From a virus (Duplodnaviria; Heunggongvirae; Uroviricota; Caudoviricetes): a stretch of DNA of 41,497 bases. Numbering within the stretch: the first letter of the stretch is position 1; each line of letters opens with the position of its first letter. The stretch is from positions 128,001 through 169,497 of IMG/VR virus record IMGVR_UViG_3300044675_001501; one strand, given 5' to 3'. The notes under the pieces are model-generated. The model was given only the letters and a program-made list of their open reading frames with translations, was not told where the DNA came from and ran no database searches. Of the stretch, positions 33,976 through 41,497 are shown piece after piece. The position numbers were made by a program, and so were the translations under genes.

Positions 33976-34382
33976 TCTGCTTTTACCCTTTGTCTCAGTT
34001 CTGTTGTAGAGAAAGTATGTTCACGCTTATTAAAGTATAACTCGATTCCTCTTTTAAGGCAAATTTCTTTCCCAGTAAAATCTTTGTTTTTGTATTCTTC
34101 ACCAAGAATTCTAATATTGATGTCAAGAATCTTCAGCAAATCTTCTAAGTCTTTCTCGGTTTGATAAACAATAATTTCATCAACCCATCTTACTGCCTTT
34201 AATTGTATGTAGCGTTCAACAATACTCTGAACAGGTTTGTTCTTGGTGTCTGGTCTGTCAATTGTTGGATCTGTTTGTAATCCAACAATCAACTTATCAC
34301 AATGCTTCGCTGCCTCAGCCAGCATAAGAATATGACCAGCATGAAGCAAATCAAATGTTGAGCAAGTAAATCCCTTCTTCAT
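33972..34382 (-). CDS. TagD-like (glycerol-3-phosphate) cytidylyltransferase
   Basis: TFDLLHAGH, LIVGLQTD, ERYIQL, RILGEEY, FSTTELR. Confidence 0.88.
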   Translation of the reverse strand: MKKGFTCSTFDLLHAGHILMLAEAAKHCDKLIVGLQTDPTIDRPDTKNKPVQSIVERYIQLKAVRWVDEIIVYQTEKDLEDLLKILDINIRILGEEYKNKDFTGKEICLKRGIELYFNKREHTFSTTELRQRVKAE

Positions 34383-35698
34383 GCGAAGAATTCCTCTAGT
34401 GAAGTTTTCTGCGACTCAGGATGATACTTAACGAGAGTATCCTGACCTAGTTTACTTCCAAGATAATCGTACCATTCCTGGCTAGACCACATTCCTGGAG
34501 AAACACCATTCCACAGTTTGCGCCATTCAGGATGCTCTTTGTTTGTTCTCCTACCCTCAACAAACTCATAACGAGCATCTTCATACTCTTTGCTACCAAG
34601 TTCAAGCATATTCTCACGAAGATATACAACAAGAGACACACGCTCTGAGCCTTCTTCACAAACGATAGGTGTATTACCATGAATAATCTCATGATTATTA
34701 ACAAGAAGCAAATCGCCTGGACGAACATTAACTGCTACTCTAATCTCTGGGAAGATAAGATAACCACCACTGTATCTACCATCATTAGATAAGGTCAACA
34801 GATTAGACATACCCTTGGTAAAGTCACCAGCATCTCTGTGCGCTGCTGTTCTGAAAGTTTTATTAACAGTAACAGTAGTAAATGGAGTTTTAGGAATAAC
34901 AAATCTAGAATCAATACTGTCAGTTGCTGCTTTCTGAGCAGCATATCTTTCAGGTAGCAGTTCTTTGAAACCTTTAGCAAGATGTTGTAAGAATGGATAT
35001 GCCATCTTAAACTTGTCAAAGTTATCACGAGTGTAAGTTGTTGCTCGACCATAGGGGATACGAGGATAACGATCGAACCAGCCAGCAATACCAGAGTCAA
35101 CTGGATTGCCATAAGAAGTTTCAGAAACCATCTTCATAGTTTCTTCAGTAGCCTTTGCTCGCTCTTCACGATTCAATGGCTTGATAGAATCAACCCACTC
35201 ATCAAAGTTAAACTTGCCACGGAAGCGAGAGATAACCCAAACATTATTCTTACCTGAACCCAATGCCTTCAGACGAGATTCTTCAGTAGGATATTTCGCA
35301 CGCAGAACATCAATAATATCTTCGTTTACGATAGCAGCATCTCTAGCATCAAGCAATCCCTGTAGAAGTTCTTCTTGATAATTAGTTACCCACTCACGAC
35401 CTTCGCCATTGACTGAAGTTCCTGCTTTAATACCTGAAGCAAGACCACGATTTTCAGTTCTGACTGCGGCATCTCGAAGTCCAGCATATGCTGCGTCTTG
35501 TTCTTCTTTGCCGAAGAAGTTCTTTCTAAACTTGAAAGCAATTCTAGATTCATCAACAACTGAATCAGCACCGAATGATGCTGGAAGATAACAATCCATA
35601 TCTTCTTCAACTAGAATGTCATAATGTTGCTCATCAAGAAACAAGCCAAGCAAATGCTCGCTCTCATAATATTTTGGTGCTACGTATACCTTTACCAT
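34379..35698 (-). CDS. TET/JBP-family 2OG-Fe(II) 5-methylpyrimidine dioxygenase
   Basis: PFTTVTVNKTFRTAAHRDAGD (HxD), HGNTPI, ERVSLVVYLRE (2OG-binding Arg): TET/JBP signature. Confidence 0.8.
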   Translation of the reverse strand: MVKVYVAPKYYESEHLLGLFLDEQHYDILVEEDMDCYLPASFGADSVVDESRIAFKFRKNFFGKEEQDAAYAGLRDAAVRTENRGLASGIKAGTSVNGEGREWVTNYQEELLQGLLDARDAAIVNEDIIDVLRAKYPTEESRLKALGSGKNNVWVISRFRGKFNFDEWVDSIKPLNREERAKATEETMKMVSETSYGNPVDSGIAGWFDRYPRIPYGRATTYTRDNFDKFKMAYPFLQHLAKGFKELLPERYAAQKAATDSIDSRFVIPKTPFTTVTVNKTFRTAAHRDAGDFTKGMSNLLTLSNDGRYSGGYLIFPEIRVAVNVRPGDLLLVNNHEIIHGNTPIVCEEGSERVSLVVYLRENMLELGSKEYEDARYEFVEGRRTNKEHPEWRKLWNGVSPGMWSSQEWYDYLGSKLGQDTLVKYHPESQKTSLEEFFA

Positions 35699-35709
35699 TT
35701 TATTCTCCG

Positions 35710-37098
35710 TTAAAATTGAAACCCTGACGCATCTATAGAGCTTCGTTTACCAAACTTACTTTTGTCGAATAATGGCGTATCATCTTGCTCACCAGAGTCA
35801 GCGATATCTTCCTGCGCTGACATCTCGACATTATATAACTTCATCTTAGACCTGTCAATACCAACAATGAATCTCTTATAATAATTTGGGTCACTATAAC
35901 GATTCTTCAACTGCTTGACCATAATCTGATTAAGTTGTTCCATTTCCTCAGTACTAATCAACGCAAACATAAAGTCAACTGTCGCTGGTAGACCAAACGA
36001 TTCAGAAGTATCTTCAAGTCCAGGATCACTGCTTGTGAAACCAGAACGAGTTGTTTGAGTTGCGCTGAGAATCGGAACATTATATTCAACCGCCAATCCT
36101 CGAATCTCTTCTGCGATGCTCTTGATATATGTATATGAATTAACATTTGACCCCTGACGAAGTCTTTGAGAAGCACAGATATTAAGATAGTCAATGACTA
36201 CCAAATCTGGAACAAACTCTCTCTTCATCTTGAGTTCTTCAAGCAAAGCACGGAAGTGACCAGAGTGCGCAGTTGCTGTTGGATATTCCTTGATGATAAG
36301 TTTACCTTTGGTCTTACTCGCAAGTTTAGCGACACGATTATCAAAGATATCTTTATCAATTGCTTTCAATTCATCCATGCTTAGGTTCAGCAAGTTACAA
36401 TCAATCCTCTCAGCGATGCGTTCTTCAGCCATCTCCATAGTTATGTATAGAACATTCAAATTCTGAAGTAACGCTTGAGCAGAAACGTGACACATAAACA
36501 AAGATTTACCAACACCTGTACCTGCCAATGCGACATTCAAGGTTTTCTTTGAAAGACCGCCCTTAGTGATTTTATTAAGGAGATCAATATCGAATGGTAT
36601 TTTCTCTTCAATCCTATGATAAAAATCATAGCGTTCATCTGAATTCTCAATATAGTCGTGACCGATATGATTATCAAATGAAACGGCAAGAGCATCAGAA
36701 AGAATAGATGGTATAGCATCTTTTGTGTGTGCAACATCACGACCCTCAATAATTTTGATTGAATCCATAATCGCCAGATACACCGCACGATCTTTACAGA
36801 ATTTTTCAGTGTGTTCAATTAACCAATCTTTATTGATTTCTTTCTGCTCTATCTCATGGATTGTTACCTGAAGATCAGCGTGCTCTTTATCCGTGATATC
36901 AGTTCTGTTAGAAACTTCGATACCAAGGATTTCTTTAGTAAGAGGTTTATTGAACTTGGAGAAGAACTGAACAATCGTTGAAATGATTATTCTTTCTTTC
37001 TTCTCCGCAAAGTATTGATCTTTTAAAAACGGTATAACTTTTCTGCAGTACTCTTCATCAAAAATCAAATTACTAATAATAGACTGCTCAATTCTCAT
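35710..37098 (-). CDS. gp41: Replicative DNA helicase (T4 gp41-like)
   Basis: LAGTGVGKS, ITMEMAEE, IIKEYPT, IDYLNIC, SATQTTR, TSESFGLPATVD, QLKNRY. Confidence 0.95.
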   Translation of the reverse strand: MRIEQSIISNLIFDEEYCRKVIPFLKDQYFAEKKERIIISTIVQFFSKFNKPLTKEILGIEVSNRTDITDKEHADLQVTIHEIEQKEINKDWLIEHTEKFCKDRAVYLAIMDSIKIIEGRDVAHTKDAIPSILSDALAVSFDNHIGHDYIENSDERYDFYHRIEEKIPFDIDLLNKITKGGLSKKTLNVALAGTGVGKSLFMCHVSAQALLQNLNVLYITMEMAEERIAERIDCNLLNLSMDELKAIDKDIFDNRVAKLASKTKGKLIIKEYPTATAHSGHFRALLEELKMKREFVPDLVVIDYLNICASQRLRQGSNVNSYTYIKSIAEEIRGLAVEYNVPILSATQTTRSGFTSSDPGLEDTSESFGLPATVDFMFALISTEEMEQLNQIMVKQLKNRYSDPNYYKRFIVGIDRSKMKLYNVEMSAQEDIADSGEQDDTPLFDKSKFGKRSSIDASGFQF

Positions 37099-37391
37099 TC
37101 AGTTCCACCTGTAAAGATAAGTTCTTTATGTTCGATTGCTTTCCGTATAACTTCAACGAGGATGTTTCCGATAGTGGTTTCGTATTCTTTCTTGGAATCT
37201 TCACCACCGCTATCGCCTTCTAAATGATTGTATTCAAAAGAAAGGATAGGTTCATTCTCATTAGGGAATTCTACCTTACCGAAGTTAAAAAGGCAACCAT
37301 TGAATTTGCCAGACAAGATTTTTATTTTGTAAAAACCATCTTCAGTCGCTTCTGGCAAAACTTCGTAGTCTTCAAACTCCTTCTGGCTCAT
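37095..37391 (-). CDS. Small acidic protein at the T4 gp40 syntenic position
   Basis: Lies between uvsX and gp41; the assignment rests on synteny only. Confidence 0.5.
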   Translation of the reverse strand: MSQKEFEDYEVLPEATEDGFYKIKILSGKFNGCLFNFGKVEFPNENEPILSFEYNHLEGDSGGEDSKKEYETTIGNILVEVIRKAIEHKELIFTGGTE

Positions 37392-38430
37392 CTTCAAGTT
37401 CCTCATCTGTTACAACAACATCACTACCAAACTTGTATTTGACAGCACAATATTCATCAATGCGCTTCATAATATCTTCAGTGAAATATGTTGTTGGGTT
37501 TTCATTAATGTTCTTACCGAATAGTTTTTTACCATCTTCTAATTCAATACGACCACCTTGAGATTTCCAGATACCAGCTTCAACAGCAAGATCAAGCAAT
37601 CCATGATAACGATCTAGACCTGTACTAAAAGAAAGTTTAGTTTCAACCATAGATTGTTCTTTAGTGAACCTAGACTTCTCAAGTTTGCACTTGATAATGT
37701 TACCAATCACCTCAGTGCCATCCTTATCTTTAGATTTAGACAGGAACACGATAGTGGATGCTGCATACTTCAGACCATCACCACCGCCCATTGTCTTTGT
37801 TGGAACATATGCACCGACGACAGCGTAAGTATGGTTAGTAACAATCATTGCGATATCAAGTTTCGCCAACTTCAATGATAGAACACGGAACGCACCACGA
37901 ACAAGTTGAGCACGAGTCATATCACGAGTCTCTTTACCCTCAGCGATATCTTCCATCTCTTTAGTAGTTGAAAGCATACCCAATGAGTCAAGACACATCA
38001 GTAATGGTGGGCGACTATCTTTCTTTTCTTTCTCATACGCATCAAGAATCTTAGTAGCTTGAGTTCTAAATTCTTGAACTGTTGACACAGGAACAATAAC
38101 AAAACGGCGAGTGTCAATACCTCGCTCAGTTAACATATCCTTTGTTAACGCACCTTCAGTTTCAAAGTAAACAACACCTGCTTTTGGGTTACTGTTTAAG
38201 AAATGCTTACAGATACCAAGAGCATAGAAAGTTTTACCTGTTGATGATTCACCAGCAAGTGCTGTTACTTTGTTAGATGGCAAACCACCATGTATTGACC
38301 CTGAAAGCAGTGCATTAAAGGCATAACTACCAGTATCGATAAACCCAGCAGTGTCACCAACAACACCATCATCAGCAAGACCCGCATATTCATTATCTAA
38401 TTCCTTGACGATTGTCTTTAAAAAATCCAT
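37372..38430 (-). CDS. uvsX: RecA-like recombinase UvsX
   Basis: AGESSTGKT Walker [31 protein letters not shown]; GGAGG RBS. Confidence 0.95.
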   Translation of the reverse strand: MDFLKTIVKELDNEYAGLADDGVVGDTAGFIDTGSYAFNALLSGSIHGGLPSNKVTALAGESSTGKTFYALGICKHFLNSNPKAGVVYFETEGALTKDMLTERGIDTRRFVIVPVSTVQEFRTQATKILDAYEKEKKDSRPPLLMCLDSLGMLSTTKEMEDIAEGKETRDMTRAQLVRGAFRVLSLKLAKLDIAMIVTNHTYAVVGAYVPTKTMGGGDGLKYAASTIVFLSKSKDKDGTEVIGNIIKCKLEKSRFTKEQSMVETKLSFSTGLDRYHGLLDLAVEAGIWKSQGGRIELEDGKKLFGKNINENPTTYFTEDIMKRIDEYCAVKYKFGSDVVVTDEELEDEPEGV

Positions 38431-38450
38431 AATATCCTCCAAATAATTTA

Positions 38451-38479
38451 ATTATACCGCTGGGTTGTGTATTTGTCAA
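38451..38479 (-). promoter_or_regulatory. Consensus sigma70 promoter upstream of uvsX
   Basis: TTGACA-N17-TATAAT. Confidence 0.9.
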
Positions 38480-38904
38480 TTGCACCAAGATGATTTTTTC
38501 TCTCCAAAGTATGGTCTTGCAAGACCAGCTGCAATTAACAACTCAGATAAACGCTTACCATCCAAGATTACATCACCCAAAACTCTACCACCAAACTTGT
38601 CATGCTCTTTTAGTTCGATTTGAATTTTCTTTGCTTCGGCAACTTGTTTCTTTGTAAAGGCAGTTGCCATTGCGCCCATCTTTGCTTCTTGCTCACACTG
38701 CGCACGTCCACCTTTTTCTGGTGTATCAACACCAAGAACACGAATAACCAATGTTGGTTTTAGTGGTGGTGGCATAAACTTTGCTTCGAACTCAACAGTG
38801 TCGCCATCAAGAACACGTGTTACTTTATAGTCATATGGGTTTGCCTTTGCTGGTAGAGTTAACACCAAGAAAAGAAATCCAACTGCTGCATAAAATTTAT
38901 TCAT
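38476..38904 (-). CDS. Thermonuclease (SNase-fold) with signal peptide
   Basis: RVLDGDTV, IRVLGVDTPE, DKFGGRVLG, GLA; signal peptide ending AKA. Confidence 0.88.
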   Translation of the reverse strand: MNKFYAAVGFLFLVLTLPAKANPYDYKVTRVLDGDTVEFEAKFMPPPLKPTLVIRVLGVDTPEKGGRAQCEQEAKMGAMATAFTKKQVAEAKKIQIELKEHDKFGGRVLGDVILDGKRLSELLIAAGLARPYFGEKKSSWCN

Positions 38905-38912
38905 ACCTACTC

Positions 38913-41405
38913 CTATTCGAAAAATGATTCAAGGGTGACTTGTTCTTCGACATGCCAACCCAAAGGTTCTATTACGTTTGACAGAGGATCAAGGAAAACC
39001 TTTTCAAACTGTTTATCGTAATCAATATACTTATGTAAATTTAGATCACGAGGTAAAGTTCCCAAGAAAGAAATAACATCTTCATTGATTGGGTTTGGTG
39101 TTTTCAAATAAACAAACTTAATCTTCTCTCCGTCTTTAATAAGCTGGTGTATGTGTGTAAGTTTCTTCTGTTTAATATAATGATTATAAAGCAACGCTCC
39201 CCTCACATGAATCGGTGTTGACTTAGCATAGACAGAGCTGGTTCCTGCATATGTTTTAATTCCATTCACACCACGTGGGAAAGCAATCTCTTCAACAGAC
39301 ATATTATTAAACTCTTCTCGGAAATCCATAACATACTTATGTAGTATAGATTCATCACCAGCAAGAATAACTTTAATAGAGTCTTTTAATTTATCACGAA
39401 TAACAGCTGGGGTTGAAGATTTAACCATCTCAAGTCCCATGACTTTAATCTTCGGCTCAGCATATTGAACACCCTCAGAGTTATGCACATTCAATATGTA
39501 GCGTTTCTTTGCAGTCCAGATACCTTTATCCGCAAGAACTTCACGCTTCATCTGCATCTTCTGCGAATAAGCATTCATCATAGATGCTAGTTCATTATAA
39601 CATCCATCAATAAATGGTTGAACCTTGTCTTCACAGAAACGATCCATAAAACTAATCGTCTTATCGACAGGATGATCTGGGTAATATGTGTCAACAAGTT
39701 TCTCAAATGTGACATAGATAGAATCGGTGTCAACTGCAATAATATAATCAGCATCTTTAGTCTTTAGAACTTTGTTCATAAACGCATTCATCTTGTCATG
39801 AATCCAGCGAATAGACAGCTGTCCCGAAGTCGTAATACCTTCAGCCATGCGAATATCAAAGTAGCGAAAATATTGGTTACCCATCGCACCATAAGCGGAG
39901 TTCAACGCAATCTTCATAGCCATCTGCAGATTATTCAGACGAGAGATTTCTTTCAGCAAAGATTTCTCTTTGGTCTTCTCATACTCTTGCTGAACTTTCA
40001 ACATCTGTTTCTTAAACTTGCTTCGGTTAGCATACATTTCTTCCATCAATGCTGGCATAAAACCTTGCTTGCTCTTATCATAGCAAACACCATTAGCAGT
40101 CATTGTTAGATCGCGATCGATAAGCATCTGAGTATCAACAGTACCAGCAAGAAGTCGCTCAACATTAGTTTGAACTCTGCCAGGTTTGAGAGTCTCAGGC
40201 GAAATGTTATACTGCATAATCAAGTGCGGATATAGCGAGTTCAAGTCAAAAGACACGACCCACTTATGTAGACCAAGCAAAGGATCTTTAACATACGCAC
40301 CTTCAAACGCAGAGTCTTTCTTATTACCACTGTTAGGTGGGATAACAATGTTCTTATCACGCAAATGATTATAGATGATTGCGTCCCACATACGAACCTG
40401 ACTGAAGACATCTACGTAATTGATCTTAGCGTTATACGCCATAGTCAATTGAAGTTCAATCAAGCGCATCTTATCTTCTAGTTTGTCAACTAGACGAACG
40501 TCATGAATGTTATATTCTACGAACTCATTCCAGTAATTTGTGTAGAAATCTTTGAAGGAATCGCCAGGATTTTCTTTCTTCTTCTCGCCGAGTTCAATGT
40601 ATGCGATATGATCAAGTTTATATGATTCTTGAGCAGAGTAAGTATATTTGCGATAGAGGTCAAGATAGTCAAGAGAACTGATGCCAGCGATGTCGTAGCT
40701 AATTTCTTCAACACCCTTAACAACAATTCTGCGTTCATTGATAAGTCCCCAAGGAGAAATCTTTTTAGCCTGCGCTTCTCCTAGAACATTAATAATTCTG
40801 CGGATGAGATAAGGAACGTCAAAGAACTCGATGTTCCAACCAGTGATAACATCAGGTGGACTTAGACGCCAGAAAGAAAGGAACTCCCTCAGTAGATGTT
40901 CCTCGCTCTTACACTGAATATATTTAATCTTATGATCAAGACCAAGTACAGGTCCAACACCGAAGGTTGTTATTTCTTTTGTGTTATTATCTTGAACAGT
41001 AATTAGAAGAAGTTCTTCATTGGCTGTTTCCATGTTAGGAAAGCCATCTTCAGTTTTAGTTTCAATGTCAATAGAATAGATCTTGATTAGTTCACGATCC
41101 CATCTAACTTCACCCTGATGCGTGTCGCTGATATATTGTGCGACATAGTTTGTGTTTCCGTAGATTGGGAAACCTTCAATGTCTTTATATTGATCAATAA
41201 AATCTCTGGTGTCTCTGATAGATCCAGGTTTGACTGGATAAACAAGAGTTCCCTCAAGAGTTTTATGTGGTGACTGCTTTTCCTTAGAGGAAGTTACAAA
41301 CACTGTTGGTTGAAAGTCAACCTTGAAAGAAACAGGGTTGTTACCATCGTACCCACGAACGAGTAGATTATTTCCCTGCATGTAAACATTAGTATAGAAA
41401 TCCAA
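38913..41405 (-). CDS. gp43: Family B DNA polymerase (T4 gp43-like)
   Basis: DIET exonuclease motif, DLNSLYP, KIALNSAYG, DTDS, KKRY; TTG start; C-terminal TLESFFE. Confidence 0.97.
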   Translation of the reverse strand: MDFYTNVYMQGNNLLVRGYDGNNPVSFKVDFQPTVFVTSSKEKQSPHKTLEGTLVYPVKPGSIRDTRDFIDQYKDIEGFPIYGNTNYVAQYISDTHQGEVRWDRELIKIYSIDIETKTEDGFPNMETANEELLLITVQDNNTKEITTFGVGPVLGLDHKIKYIQCKSEEHLLREFLSFWRLSPPDVITGWNIEFFDVPYLIRRIINVLGEAQAKKISPWGLINERRIVVKGVEEISYDIAGISSLDYLDLYRKYTYSAQESYKLDHIAYIELGEKKKENPGDSFKDFYTNYWNEFVEYNIHDVRLVDKLEDKMRLIELQLTMAYNAKINYVDVFSQVRMWDAIIYNHLRDKNIVIPPNSGNKKDSAFEGAYVKDPLLGLHKWVVSFDLNSLYPHLIMQYNISPETLKPGRVQTNVERLLAGTVDTQMLIDRDLTMTANGVCYDKSKQGFMPALMEEMYANRSKFKKQMLKVQQEYEKTKEKSLLKEISRLNNLQMAMKIALNSAYGAMGNQYFRYFDIRMAEGITTSGQLSIRWIHDKMNAFMNKVLKTKDADYIIAVDTDSIYVTFEKLVDTYYPDHPVDKTISFMDRFCEDKVQPFIDGCYNELASMMNAYSQKMQMKREVLADKGIWTAKKRYILNVHNSEGVQYAEPKIKVMGLEMVKSSTPAVIRDKLKDSIKVILAGDESILHKYVMDFREEFNNMSVEEIAFPRGVNGIKTYAGTSSVYAKSTPIHVRGALLYNHYIKQKKLTHIHQLIKDGEKIKFVYLKTPNPINEDVISFLGTLPRDLNLHKYIDYDKQFEKVFLDPLSNVIEPLGWHVEEQVTLESFFE

Positions 41406-41406
41406 A

Positions 41407-41497
41407 TTAAACTCCGTACATAAGCATCATAGCATCATAGGCGCAATCATGAATAGGATTGTGCTTGATTACATTGTGTCGTTTGAATGTTGGGTGA
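41407..41497 (-). CDS. C-terminal fragment of a DexA-like 3'-5' exonuclease
   Basis: Manual translation HPTFKRHNVIKHNPIHDCAYDAMMLMYGV*; HxxxxD ExoIII motif. Confidence 0.6.
   Translation of the reverse strand, partial: HPTFKRHNVIKHNPIHDCAYDAMMLMYGV

Noticed and set aside
32626-34382. GT + TagD as an LPS/teichoic-acid modification cassette
   Set aside because: Less likely because the GT ends in the polymerase-type clamp peptide, is coupled to a TET/JBP gene in the replication operon, and has no membrane partner; not formally excluded.
20-40368. Plus-strand ORFs in the ORF track (e.g. 8543-8980, 27486-27947, 33667-34164)
   Set aside because: All are antisense shadows of well-supported minus-strand genes, with no recognisable motifs or promoter/RBS support.
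10610-40738. Same-strand alternate-frame ORFs inside core genes (e.g. 15077-15307, 34795-35112, 36537-36818)
   Set aside because: No motif, lipobox or RBS support, unlike the nested o-spanin.
11789-41405. Introns or inteins in nrdA, nrdB, thyX, gp41, uvsX or gp43
   Set aside because: All are continuous ORFs of expected length with no intein-like insertions seen.
1-41497. Stop-codon reassignment, tRNA genes, rRNA, IS elements, integrase
   Set aside because: The standard code gives dense full-length genes ending in TAA, TAG and TGA; intergenic gaps are short, and no cloverleaf or transposase/integrase motifs were seen by eye (tRNAscan not run).

Overview
41.5-kb segment of a lytic T4-like (Tevenvirinae/Kyanoviridae-style) phage genome, probably an uncultured aquatic phage of a Gram-negative host (inferred from the spanins and lipoproteins). 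All credible genes are on the minus strand. In transcription order (right to left): end of a DexA-like exonuclease; DNA polymerase gp43; secreted thermonuclease; UvsX; gp40-position ORF; helicase gp41; a TET/JBP dioxygenase + TagD-like cytidylyltransferase + GT-B glycosyltransferase trio; HExxH protein; nuclease-like protein; HAD phosphatase, ligase-fold protein, HIGH-nucleotidyltransferase and other proteins carrying T4 capsid-targeting-like N-termini; Dps; Ig-domain and fibre-like proteins; embedded Rz/Rz1 spanins; primase gp61; ThyX; NrdA and NrdB separated by six genes; GIY-YIG nuclease; a late-promoter-driven block of about ten secreted or membrane proteins around a GH19 endolysin; then early genes (GP88-like, MazG-like, DNA ligase gp30, ArfA-like peptide). 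Best candidates for undescribed biology: (1) a replisome-tethered base-hypermodification pathway, in which both the dioxygenase and the glycosyltransferase end in the same sliding-clamp peptide as the polymerase; (2) a capsid-packaged phosphatase/ligase/nucleotidyltransferase kit; (3) a secreted/membrane protein operon whose two leaders share an RNA motif; (4) three apparently leaderless sigma70 transcripts. Family assignments come from motif recognition only; no database searches were run.
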